64,000 nucleotides of DNA from Takakia lepidozioides (Eukaryota > Plantae > Bryophyta): NCBI GenBank assembly GCA_030704615.1, contig CM060733.1, positions 22,878,001 through 22,942,000 on the forward strand. Direction: 5' to 3'. Of the stretch, positions 38,710-51,063 are shown one piece after another. A model generated the notes under the pieces. The model was not told where the DNA came from. It saw only the letters and a program-made list of their open reading frames with translations, and ran no database searches. The number at the start of each line of letters is the position of its first letter. Positions within the stretch are counted from its first letter, which is position 1. The translations under genes and the position numbers were made by a program.

Positions 38710-40105
38710 ACACTGCAGCATCTTGTGATTTCACCTTGAAAATACATTCTGCAGCACACTCTGCTAACTCCACACTTCCATAAGATTCTGCAGGCACCAA
38801 GCAAGCCCCCCCCCCCCCCCACACACACACCGAGCACCTGGTTACCACCTTCATCTACAAGGCCCAAATGGCTGCATGCAGAGATAACACCAATAAATGT
38901 GCCCTCATTTGGCTTCACACCTTTCAATTGCATCAGTTCAAACAGTTGGAGAGCCTCGTGATCACGCCCATGCTGAGCATATCCTATAATCATCGCAGTC
39001 CATGAGAGCACATCTGGTTTAAGAATTTTGTCAAACATCTCCCATGCATCTACACTCCCACATTTGGTATACATATCAATGAGGGCACTCCTGACATAGA
39101 CATCTGATTCACACCCAGATCTGATAATGTAGGCATGGACCCACTTGCCCTATTCTAGGGATGCTTCACACCCTCTCTTTGCATTTGTCGAAAGAGTTTG
39201 AAAGCCTCCTCACCATGACCATGCTGAGTAGATCCTGCAATCATAGCAGTCCATGAGACCCCATCTCGCTTGGGCATTGTGTCAAATACTCGGGTGGCAT
39301 CCATCAAACTCTCATACCTATAATACATGATGACAAGGGCAGTCCCCACATGGACATCCCCCTCAAGTCCAGCCTCAATGCATGCACATTTTGCATACAT
39401 GTCTACCAGGGCAGTGTTGAGGATGACATCTGTTACAATTCCAGCTTTGACGATGTCACCATGGACCTCTTTCCCCTTTTCCAGAGCTCCCAAGCTTGCA
39501 CATGCATTGCAAAAAAAACAAACGTTATGGGGTTGGGCTTCACCCCTTCGCACATCATTTGCTCATAGGTCTCCAAAGCCTCCATCCTGTGCATACATGT
39601 CCACCAGGGCAGTGTTCAGGATGACATCTGGTACAATTCCAGCTGTGACGATGTCACCATGGACCTCTTTCCCCTTTTCCAGAGCTCCCAGGTTTGCACA
39701 CGCATTGCAAACAAAAACAAACATTATGGGGTTGGGCTTCACCCCTTCGCACATCATTTGCTCATAGGTCTCCAAAGCCTCCATCCCGTGCATACAATTC
39801 CAGCTTTGACGATGTCACCATGGACCTCTTTCCCCTTTTCCAGAGCTCCTAGGCTTGCACACACATTGCAAGCAAAAACAAATGTTATGTGGTTGGGCTT
39901 CACCCCTTCGCACATCATTTGCTCATAGGTCTCCAAAGCCTCCATCCCGCACCCTTGTTGTGCATAGCCTGCAATCATCGCACTCCACGACACCACATCT
40001 CGTTCAGCCATACTTTCGAGCACTCCCTTTGGATCCTCGATGCACGCACATTTGACATACATTTCCACCAGGGCAGTGTTCAGAATCACATCTGGTAATC
40101 TGATA

Positions 40106-42220
40106 GGCATTCACTTTTTGCTTTGGTTGTCCCACCATTGATTGGGGTCAGAAAAGTATTCATTCCACAGCTTCTCCTCATCTCTGTTACCTGTCTTTGG
40201 ATAGTTTCCTGTTGTCACATTGGCAGTATCATGTCAAAGTCACTGCAAACTAGATTCACTCAACCAGCTAACTCGCAGAATTCAACAAGGAAATTTAGGG
40301 CCGATTCTGATTAGAGGGAAAAACAGGGCGAAATGTGTTGAAGAAGGTGCCTTCATTAGCAGTGCCTTCATGAAGCCTTAACCCCATGGGAACTCTGGAA
40401 ATCTTCATATTTGAAAAATGGGGCACATTAGATGTATATTTTCACTAGAATGCAGAGCCTCGGGCACCTGACTATCAGTGGGAACAGTCGCTACAAAACT
40501 ACTAAGTTAATGCCCGCAGCAGTTGAACACCATACAAATTGAGCAACTTAGGATAATGTGAGTGTGCACCTGCTTTCCAGCTTTGGCGATGCAACCATGC
40601 ACCTCTTTGCCTTTTTCCAGGGCTGCCACCTGCTTGCACACGCACTGCAAACGCACACAAACGTGATGTGGTCGGGCTTCACCCCTTCCCCCATCATTTG
40701 CTCAGAGGTCTCCGAAGCCTCCATCCCGCGCCTCTGATGTGCATACCCTACAAGCATCGTGTTCCACGACACCACATCTCGTTCAGCCATAGAGTTGAAC
40801 ACTCCTTTCGCATCCTCAATGCTCCCACATTTGGCATACATGTCCACCAGAGCAGTGTTCAGTGTTCCCTGCTCCTTCAGCTCCCGCGCCCTTGTTGTGC
40901 ATATCCTGCAATCATCGCACTCCACGACACCATATCTCGTTCAACCATACTGTCGAACGCTCCCTTCATACATGTCCACGAGGGTATTGTTCATAATGAC
41001 ATTTGGTGCAATTGCAGCTCTGACAATGTCGCCATGGACCTCTTTGCCCTTTTCCAGAGCTGCCAGGCTTGCATACGAATTTGCAAATGCACACAAACGT
41101 GATGTGGTTGGGTTTCACCCCTTCGCGCAGCATTTGCTCATAGGTCTCCAAAGCATTAATCCTACCACACCCATGCTTGGTAAATCCTGCCAACATTATA
41201 TTCCACGTGATCAAAGATTGTTGAGGCATTCTGTTGAACACTTGGTGAGCATCCATGATGCTCCAGCAGTTAACATACATGTTTTGACAAGGGTGTTAAG
41301 TAGAAAAACATTTGGCGTGAATCCACTTTGGATAATGTGAGTGTGCACCTGCTTTCCAGCTTCCAGACCTTCCATCTTGATGCACTTAAGCAAGAGACAG
41401 ACATACGTATTTGAATCTGCCGAAATGCCTCCTTGGTTTAGAGTCTGTAGAGCCTCTGTCAGTCTGCCTGCCGCACAAAGCATCTTCACATACCAGAAGT
41501 GCCAGAAGAGGCATTGTGGACTCCCTCTCTTGATCCTCTTTCAGAAGCTGTGGTCATGGTTTAGGTGCCTGATTCTATGAACTGTGCCGCTGCAGCTGCT
41601 GCCTTTAGTTGACCATCTACCCATGCAGGTTTATTGTAGCTATTGATCCATATGGAATCATAGGTCATCTGGAGCTTGAAGTCCGTCCCTCTTGGATGAA
41701 TCTGTCCACCCACACACTATCCCTGCCTCCTTCAGCTTTCCATGCTTGCTATCAGGTGACAATGATAGCCTAGATCTGTTCTAGGAAACACCCAACTCAA
41801 CTTATCACACTAGTTCCTATGCTCAATTGCATCTGCTACTTTCTCCAACAAGCATTCACCTTTTTGCCTCGATTGTCCCACCATTGACTGGGGTCAGAAA
41901 AGTATTCATTCCACAGCTTTTCCTCGTCTCTATTACCTGTTTCTGGATACTTCCCTGTTGTCACATTGGCAGTATCATGTCAAAGTCACTCCAAACTATC
42001 AAAGGTTCACTCAACCAGCTAACTTGCAGAATTCAACATGAAAATTTAGGGCCGATTCTGATAAGAGGGAAAACAGGGTGAAATGTGTTGAAGAAGGTGC
42101 CTTCATTAGCAGCGCCTGAATTTATCAATTGTGCCGCTGCTGCTGCGGCTTCCAGTTGACCATCTACCCATGCAGGTTTCTTGTACCTATCCTTCCACAG
42201 GGAATCATAGGTAATCTGCT
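40106..42220. repeat. Local dispersed duplications: 40106-40366 ~ 41852-42116 and 41579-41670 ~ 42124-42220
   Basis: Near-identical blocks (gtcagaaaagtattcattccacag...gaagaaggtgccttcattagc and gtgccgctgc...gttgaccatctacccatgcagg). Confidence 0.8.
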
Positions 42221-42352
42221 GTCATATACCCATCACAGGTCCAATCCAAACAGCAGCCCTAATAGCCACTTTTGGCAAGACTAGACATTTCACAGACTGC
42301 ACTATATAATAAGCTTACACATATACCACTTTTAGCAACTCAATGAGAATCA

Positions 42353-43475
42353 TGTCAGCTTTAGAAGAACACAAAAGAAAAAGGAGCGAGAATAACCTCG
42401 GCAGGGGTCTGCTCAGCGCGAAAGTGTCTGCCATCGAAAAGGAAGGCAATAGAGCTGGGATCAACTGATCGACGGTCGCAGTATGCATGCATCAGCTTTC
42501 AAAGTGTGGTTGTGGTCTTAATCCTGAAAAAAACCTCCCTGTCGGACGGCTTTTACTCACCCATCCCTTCGCTATCCGAGGTGGAAACTCCAAGATAGAA
42601 GAGTTGGATATCTCTAAGCACTCAGCCTGCCCAGAACAATCAATCATGACCTGCAGCTAGTGAATCATGGTTATGCTTCCTATTTGTATTCTTTCTTGCC
42701 TTCATGTTATCAATTTACCCTTCCGTGTATATTGAAGCATCAGATTGCTTCAGTATCTACTAAGTTCCAGTTAATCATGCATTCATTCCACAACTTCACT
42801 CATGTCTCTCTACACAGTGTGATTGTATCAAATAAGTATCAGATTATTATTTATCAGGTATCAGGCCAATGCCATGGTGACTCTAATCTGCCCTACAGTA
42901 TCACTACAGCTTTGCATGTACAAGCATCTACTGTTCATCTCCCATTCTTGCTCTCCGTCTGATCTCCTCTCATGCATGACCAAGAACCCCTCCCCGTGAA
43001 GTGCCCCCTTCCTGTTGCCGCTCTCCTTAATCTACCCCCAAGCTATTCTAACCACCTAACTAACTAACCGTCACCCCTGAAGTAACACGTTCCCCCTGCA
43101 GATGTCGTTCCCACACAGTCATTCTTGTCAATGATAACTATTCCCCATGTACTGTGACAGGCTGTGTCAAGCTATGCCGAGCTGTGACTGGCTGTGTAAA
43201 GTTGTGTCGGGCTGTGACTGGATGTGTCAGGCTGTGTCGGGCTGTGCAAAGCTGTGGCGGCTGTGACTGGCTGTGACGGGCTGTGTGAAACTGTGGCGGG
43301 CTGAGACTAGCTGTGTGAAGCTGTGGCGGCTGTATAAAGCTGTGTTGGGCTGTGTAACCCCCCTAAAGCCTGCTGCTGTCACCCCTAAGGCTCCTGTTGG
43401 TCTCAGTCTGCGCAAAAATTAAGGGTACCCCACAGAACCCGTAAAATCGTCTAAGTCCCAAGCAGCCCTCTAACA
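42353..43475 (-). repeat. 3' LTR of gypsy copy 2 (~1.1 kb), containing a 10-bp GCTGTG tandem array at 43150-43355
   Basis: Starts TGTTAG just after the polypurine tract. The putative end ...CTGACA at 42353 is tentative because there is no second LTR to compare. Confidence 0.65.
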
Positions 43476-43478
43476 TTT

Positions 43479-43493
43479 ACCCCTCCCCCTCTC
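43479..43493 (-). other. Polypurine tract of gypsy copy 2
   Basis: GAGAGGGGGAGGGG immediately upstream of the LTR TG. Confidence 0.8.
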
Positions 43494-46400
43494 AAAATGT
43501 CGTGTCCTCACGGTTTACTGTTTGGGATTAGCAAACCTTTGTGAGCGAGCACCCTTCTGACGATGAGAGTCTCGTGAAGGACTCCGTGTGCGAGCCCGAG
43601 TTTTGTCACTGGTTGACGGAGATGATTGAGCACTACCTGGAAATGTCTGACCCTCCTTTGGCTGATAACGAGATAACCTCTTAGGCATAGGAGATCCCCG
43701 TCGTTTCTTCTCTGCCATCTGAAGTGCATAGTCCTCTGCCATGTCAAAAGAGTCCGTTGAAGAAACAGTAGTATCAGAATCCTCGTCTCCCCTTAGGTGT
43801 TTTAACGGCCGAACTTTAAGTGGAATCCTGTGTGGCATACAATGTGGTCCGACCATATCTGGAAGTTTAAATTGTACAACTTGTTGTAAGCGCTGGCAAG
43901 CAAAATTAGTGAACGTCCTCAACTCCTTATCTGTATAGGTAAGAGGTGTGCCAATGACTTTGGAACAGTGCAAGTATTTCCATGCCTCATGTCCCTTAAA
44001 GGAAATATCCTCAGGGCCAAATTTCTGTGTTGTCAAATTGTTCCAAGCCGAATGAAACCATGAACGAAGTTGGGAATCCTTCTGCATCATAACTTTTGCA
44101 TCATATAGGTACATATGAGGTGGCACTGAAGGTAAGACCCAATGATCCCCACTGGAATAACTCAGAAATTGGGATTGCATCATCTGTTGCTCAATGTGAT
44201 AACGTGCCAGAAAACAAGCAGCATAGTATAATCCACAGCCCATGACAATACTTGATACCTCCTTGGTCTTGGTATAAATGTACCCATGTACAACTTAGAA
44301 GACAACTAATTCTTCAACATGGTACCTGCTTCAGACCAGTACCTCGCAAAATGATGATCCTCAATGGGTCGATTGTTCGGAAGAACCTTAGTCCTAGTTG
44401 CCACTGGCAGCCAAATGCGCATGATCTAGTAGTAATGTGCCAACGACTGCGGATGACTAAATTCCTTCCAAGCCAAATCCAACACAATGGGAATTTGGTT
44501 GAACGGCATAATCATAGCCCGACTGTACTCTCGTGCAGCAGGAGTCTTAGGTGGGTTAAAAGCAGCATCCCCCCATACCTCAGGCTGTGGTGTGGCTGTA
44601 GTAACAACAGGGTCAGCTACCTGCACAATCACTTGCTGTGGTATTGGTACCACTGGCCCTTCTACCACTGGCATCTCCTGCACCCCTTGCGAAGAAGACT
44701 AAAAAATTATAGTCCTGGCATGTAATTAAGTAGCCATCAGCTGCTCCTCAGGTACAAAGACTCTCTTGTCAATATTTGAACTCAGGTCATTCACCTGAGT
44801 CTGCAGGCCTTCTACATCCTCTTGTAGCTCCGCTATTCTACTATAGACATTGTCTATAGTAGTTGTGGCAATGTTCTGCACCTGCAGTCTGAGCTCATTC
44901 TTCTCGCCCTGGGTGAGCTTCTGTGGTGCTTTACCTTCCACTGGCCCTTGTGTTAACCAGACCTGCATAAGGTGGTTATCCACCAAGTCGTGTGTGGCAC
45001 CCCTGAGAGTCTGCTCCTCCGTGAGTCTGTACACATCTTGTTGTAAAGCCTCCATGTGCTTCGCATGAGGTTCAACCAGACTCGCATAGGCAGCAGCCAG
45101 ATTATTGGCTTCCTTCCAAGCCTTGTTAGCCACAGAGAGTTCATTTCTATTGATCATGACTGTTTGTTGCAACTCCAGGATGTACTTCTCGTGGTCAGCC
45201 TCAACCTGTCTATATTGTTTGAAAGTATTCTCATTGCGACAGATTGTATTCTTCATATCAACAATGAGTTTCGCTTGCTCGATTATCTCTGCTTCTGCCT
45301 TCATACATCTCTCCCCTTGTCTGTTAACTTCTAATGCAGTTTGCTCAAAAGTAGTTGTGAGTGTAGCACATTGTATGGTCATCTTCTCATGTACTGCCTG
45401 CAACTCTGTATGTAGTACATTCACTTCTTGCAACTTGCCCTCATGCTTTACCTGCATTTGGTATAATTGTTGCTTATGTGCTTCATGCAACTGGTCCTGC
45501 GCGAGGCCTGCTTCAATCAAATGTCCCTTGGCCAACTGCAAAGCAGCCTTTGTGTCCTCTAACTCTTACTGTAACTTGAGATTGACCTCCTCATCGACCT
45601 TGTTAGCACACTCAGTGGCAATTCAAGCCTCAAACTCCTTCCTGAGTTCCTCCCTCAAAGCTGCCAATTGGGTAGATGGAACATGGGATTTCACATAAGT
45701 GCCCAACAAATTAAGTGTTCTGCTTATGGAACTCATAAGCATGGCCTGCTGAGGGTCATCATGGTGAACTTGCTGCTATTCTCCCTGATCCTCCACAGTG
45801 TGATGCCTCACCAACCATTCAGGCCATTGCCCCACCAGATTCTCTTCCTGAACCACCTCATCCTCCACAGGTGCTGCAGTGTCCTGATATTCTACCCCTG
45901 GTACCTCCGTCACAGGTGTGGGTATTACATGCATAGCAGGGTTTTCCCTGGACAACCGCTACACCTCTAGAATCACTGATTCCCTTACCAAGCCAGAGTT
46001 TTCATAGAGAAGGTCACCCTTCTCAATTTCGGCCACAACCTGCTCTGCAGTGGGAATGTCCAACCTTTCTCCTTCTAGAGCAATTGGGGGTGATGTCACA
46101 GCATGTACTAACTGTGGAACCTCTAAAACAACTGAGTCAATTGGTTGTGGTGACTATGGTATCGAGTTGACTTCCTCTTCCCTCTCCGAAGGCCGTGCTT
46201 CCAATAATAACAGCCTTCTATGCTGTTGTGCCCCATCCTGCACAAGAGCTTGGGAAACATCATCGTGCGGTTTCCGTGAAGCCAGTGGATCCGCCCCTAC
46301 AGTCATACCCCGCCTTTGTCTCTTAGAGTGGTGTTGCCCTGCCAGTCCACCCTCACTATGTGAAGAGCCCTGCTCTTCAATTGCAGTGGTTTCTGCCGCA

Positions 46401-49400
46401 AACACTCTCATCTCCTTACGTTCCCGAGTATCAAGTATGCAAGAATCAAGAATGATTTGGGCAATAATTGGACCAGACACAATGATTAGAGACTTAGCAG
46501 CAGTGCCCTGTAACCTCTTCATCTCGTCCACCAGTCCATTGTACATTAACTCCGCCCAAGCGACATCCTCTCTCCTCAAAGCTTTCAGGATCTCCTCTGT
46601 GAATGACCTGCTCAAATACTGTTGGTTCTGTTTTATGGCAAACAAAACGTTCAATATTTGGCCAACTTCCCTAAGCCCTGGGTACTCGGCTTTGGTACAA
46701 GCGTAACCTTGAGTTTTAAAGAAACTCCTTTCTTGGAACAAATTCCCTATCTGCAATCTTGCCCTGTGCTCATCCACATCCACATGTCCTGATGGCAAAT
46801 CAAACAATTGTTGCAGGTACTGGGGAGTAATTTCTATATCTACTCCCCTCACCTGAGTAACTCCCATCCGAGGCTCAAAGTTCTGAAGAAATTGAATCAT
46901 AAATTGTCGATGATGCAAGGACCAGTCCTTGCGTAGCAGCCCCTCCAATCGCAACTCTCTTAGCAGCTGTACTGCCTGCGGTGCTGCAATTGTTTGCTTC
47001 TACAGAATCGTGGTGCTCTTCACCCTAATATCCTCTATTCCCCTCACTCTCTTCATTCTAGACAAACAAAAAGGCTTTGTTTGAAACAGTTGAAGGAAAG
47101 CTTGTAGGGCACAGAGCATGAAGGTATGGTTGGCACAGAATGGAACAGGTAAGTGCGTGTAAGCCTATGGGGCTTGCAAGTATCGAGTGAGAGAAAATGT
47201 ACTCTCAATGCTTCCGTCCTTGCGCCACTGCGTGAGAAGTAAAGCGAGTGTGTAATCCGTTACATCTGCCATAGCTACAAAACTAGTGCTTTGATTGCCC
47301 CTGTCGTCGAGACCTTGGCTATTCAGAGCCACCCCGACTCTTCCGCTCATAACACTTCCTATTTCTTGTTCTTGTTTCTTGGAGGGAACCACCTGCATGT
47401 AATTCGCACTCCTGATTGGCTGTGAGGTTTCCCTTTTCTGTACTCGGAAAGGGTTCTGTTACCCTTACACTGAATGTATTAATGGGCCCACAATTAGTAT
47501 TAGCTGTTGTACCGGGTAGGTACTTTGACGGCCTGATTTGTCCGTTTGCATGATGAGACCTTTTTTTGCAATTGATGCAGTGCGGTGTGCCATGCCTTAG
47601 TGGCCACGTATCTGTTTCAAAACAGGCCCCCGACTTCCCCTCTCCGCGTGGCATATTCTCCAAGTTTGACTTCCAAACTTCCTCTTCACTCGATGGCCAT
47701 TTTTTTAACGTTAATTTGCGTCCACCTGTCACTGACCCTATGGACTGTGTAATCTGTATGGGCTGTGTTGGGCTGTGTGGTACTGTGGTGGGCTGTGATA
47801 GGCTGTGTCTCGCTGTGATGGGCTGTGATAGGCTGTGTCACGCTGTGATGGGCTGTGATAGGCTGTGTCACGCTGTGATGGGCTGTGATAGGCTGTGTGA
47901 CATTTGTACTTCCCGCCCTGGTCATACACGCTCGGCTTAACGACAAGTGCTCCATACTCCGTTGGTATCACTGGCGCAGCCCGTGACTGCTTTTGCATTT
48001 CAACATGCAAATCGTGCTGCAATGGTTTGTCATTGATACCACTGTACCCCTTCAACTTATTGGCATTGACTCTTCCCAATATCTCTTTGTTAATGGTTTG
48101 TAACATGGCGGTGTTGTTATCATACATCTTCTGTATGACATAAGGTCCTTTCCATGGTGATTTAAGCTTAGAAGCTTTAATCTTCCCCTTCTTCTGCAAC
48201 CAGAGAACCAAATCTCTCTTAAAAGTCTTTAATTGTCTTCATCAAACTGTTCATTCCTCTTCATCTGAATTCTGGTCATATTATCAGCTGCATCAGCACG
48301 TACTTCTTCCACATGGTATAATTCATGTTTCCTGACCTTAATTGAATCTTCCAATTCCATTCTCTTTCCCCATTCAGTTCTCATGGTAGGTAACAAGAAT
48401 TCCACTGGAAGTAAAGCTTCCATACCATAAACTAATTGGAATGGTGTATACTTAGTGGTGACTTTATATGAAGTCCTGTATGACCACAAAGCTGTCAGCA
48501 GCTTTGTATCCCAATCCGTTCTGTTTGCATTGACTATCTTAGCCAAGATAGTACATAGTATTTTGTTGGTAGCCTCTGCTTGCCCATTACCCTGTGGGTA
48601 ATATGTTGTACTCTTCCTATGCACAATCATGAACTCTTTAGTCAATAGTTCAATGTCTCATTAATGAAGTGACTTCCCTGGTCACTGATAAATTCCAGGG
48701 ACAGCCAAATCGTGTAAGTATGTTCTCATACAGGAACCTTGCTGTGGACTTGGCTGTGTTGTCCGAGCTTTAGCTTCCACCCACTTCGTAGTATAATCAG
48801 TGGCTGTAATTATGTACTTGTTCTGTGTATTCTTGGCTGGTGGGTTATTGGTCCAACAAAGTCTAGTCCCCATTTCTGAAATGGTAGTAGGCATCGTAGG
48901 ATGCAAAGCCATCTTCCAGATCTCTGCAAAGGTCCTAGCCTCTGACATTCATCACAACTCTGACAATACTTGTGTACATCTTTGAACAAAGTAGGCCACC
49001 AGTAACCTGCAAGTAGTATCTTTCCTACTGGTAGTCTCTTCTCCAAAATGACCTCCAGCCACTCTTTATGAACTTCCGCCAAAACTTTATTTACTTCATG
49101 GTGGTACAAGCATCGTTTAAGTACTCCATCAGGTCCTAGCTTATACATTCTGCTCCTACCATAGTATAAGGTAAGCCTTGATAGCGATTCTCTTCCTCTG
49201 CTCCTTACCATAACTAGGTGGGCACTGACCATGAGTAAGGTAGTATCTGATTGGCCACTGCCAATCTAATTATTCATCTGCCACTTCCTGCACCTCCATT
49301 GCAAATAAACTCACATCAGTAATTGGTCGTCTACTCCTGTGGCGGGCTCTCCTGTTGTTAGGCGTGACAAATGATCTGCCACAAAAATGCAAATGGCCAG

Positions 49401-49424
49401 GCTTGTAAAACAACTTCGAACTCA

Positions 49425-49924
49425 NNNNNNNNNNNNNNNNNNNNNNNNNNNNNNNNNNNNNNNNNNNNNNNNNNNNNNNNNNNNNNNNNNNNNNNNNNNN
49501 NNNNNNNNNNNNNNNNNNNNNNNNNNNNNNNNNNNNNNNNNNNNNNNNNNNNNNNNNNNNNNNNNNNNNNNNNNNNNNNNNNNNNNNNNNNNNNNNNNNN
49601 NNNNNNNNNNNNNNNNNNNNNNNNNNNNNNNNNNNNNNNNNNNNNNNNNNNNNNNNNNNNNNNNNNNNNNNNNNNNNNNNNNNNNNNNNNNNNNNNNNNN
49701 NNNNNNNNNNNNNNNNNNNNNNNNNNNNNNNNNNNNNNNNNNNNNNNNNNNNNNNNNNNNNNNNNNNNNNNNNNNNNNNNNNNNNNNNNNNNNNNNNNNN
49801 NNNNNNNNNNNNNNNNNNNNNNNNNNNNNNNNNNNNNNNNNNNNNNNNNNNNNNNNNNNNNNNNNNNNNNNNNNNNNNNNNNNNNNNNNNNNNNNNNNNN
49901 NNNNNNNNNNNNNNNNNNNNNNNN
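49425..49924. other. Assembly gap (500 N)
   Basis: Run of N. Confidence 1.
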
Positions 49925-50650
49925 GGCATTCCGTCCTTAAGCTCCCGATCCGACTCTATAGCTTGGAAACAGGACCGACCTGTCAAACAAACTAAGTCCT
50001 TGCAGAATAGAGTAGAAGAGATCCTCAAGGACCTGGACCTGGATCTGCAAGTCTTGAACCCTGCTGGATAAATCTGACTTAGAGGCTGTGGTGTCCTCAG
50101 CCTGTCTGTTGCCATGAGATTGGGTCTGTATGAAATGAAGTTAGGGGCAGAAAACTTCCCTGAACTTGTTTCCAGTCCTGCGACATGGTGGAGGACATCT
50201 TGGATGACCTCAAGGGTCTACCCACTCTCGGGCACTAGACTGAAATTTAATAAACTTCAGGGCGGAAGCCTACCTTTGTAACAGCAAACAGAATCAGAGC
50301 GGAGAGGGAGAGTGCAATTGCCCGTTGTGTGGGCACTCTGAAGACAGTATTCACTTTCTGATACACTGTCCGGGGGTTCTCTCACCAAAGAGACGCTCTC
50401 TTCACTCTTCAAGGGAATTGTGCCTGTACCCTGTTTATACCAACTTTGAAAGTCTCGAGCTGAGCCAAAAGCCCAGGCCCTCCTGAGGCCTAGTTTTTTG
50501 GGGCAAATCACACACAGCAGATTGATGCTTGTGTGAAGGGATTTTTCTAGAGGAATATCTGGACAACCTGGATTAATTCTATATATGGAGGTAAGTCTTA
50601 CTACCAACGTCAGCCCCTGACAGAGGTAGGTTTGTTCCCGCTCAAACTTC
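49925..50650 (+). mobile_element. RTE-X-like LINE fragment, same family as 21461-22474
   Basis: GIPSLSSR...; KFNKLQGGSLPL...CPLCGHSEDSIHFLIHCPGFSHQR; ccaactttgaaa...gctgagccaaaa...tgatgcttgtgtgaaggg matches the reverse complement of 21590-21700. Confidence 0.82.
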
Positions 50651-51063
50651 TATGCAGGAGGTTCTATATGTTGTATCCTCATCAGTTGCAAAAGTACTGC
50701 TCCAGTCTGTAAGCAGCATCCAAAGATCAGCAGTGCCAGTAACCGGTGCTAAGAAATGCAAGCAACCCAGTTTCATGCATCCCCACAAGGACTTCAAAAG
50801 TCGCCACTACTAAATTTCGAGAGCGTTAATTCCGAACACACGCAGATCGGACCACCATGCGGGCAACAGTTGACAAAACCGAGGAGACAAGTTTACAGTT
50901 TTACATCCAAAGACTTGAAAAACGAGTGACAATGAAGAAAATGCTGTCCAGACGGCCAGACACAGCTAAAGCCTTAAAGGCTGAAACTGTAGAGCCACGA
51001 CAAGCGTTACATTCTACGTATTGCTTCATGTGATTGAAAGCAACGGAAGTCTGAGTACCTCTT

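Larger units (their letters stand above)
37170..41489 (-). pseudogene. PLS-class PPR protein with E/E+/DYW domain (organellar RNA-editing factor), fragmented
   Basis: N-terminus LCAAGRLTEALQ. Repeats NTALVDMYAKC, ERDVVSW and GVKPNHITF...ALEKGKEVH; SACSHLGLVDEG; E domain YVLLSNIYAAAGRW; TWIEV...GDRSHP; DYW part [41 protein letters not shown]...HHF..G.CSCGD. Many frameshifts and deletions, plus two insertions (37577-38709 and ~40100-40540). Confidence 0.92.
42353..49424 (-). mobile_element. Ty3/gypsy retrotransposon copy 2 (same family): integrase, long 3' extension, PPT and 3' LTR; the 5' part runs into the assembly gap
   Basis: Collinear with copy 1 from 44845 to ~49385. Coding continues to the stop at 43515. 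PPT at 43479-43493. The LTR begins TGTTAG at 43475. Many indels near the gap. Confidence 0.9.

Noticed and set aside
33011-46706. Numerous Cys/Ser-rich plus-strand ORFs over the gypsy copies
   Set aside because: Antisense shadows of the Gln/Glu-rich minus-strand coding frame.
49270-50115. ORFs of 189-281 aa spanning the N run
   Set aside because: Artefacts of translating an assembly gap.
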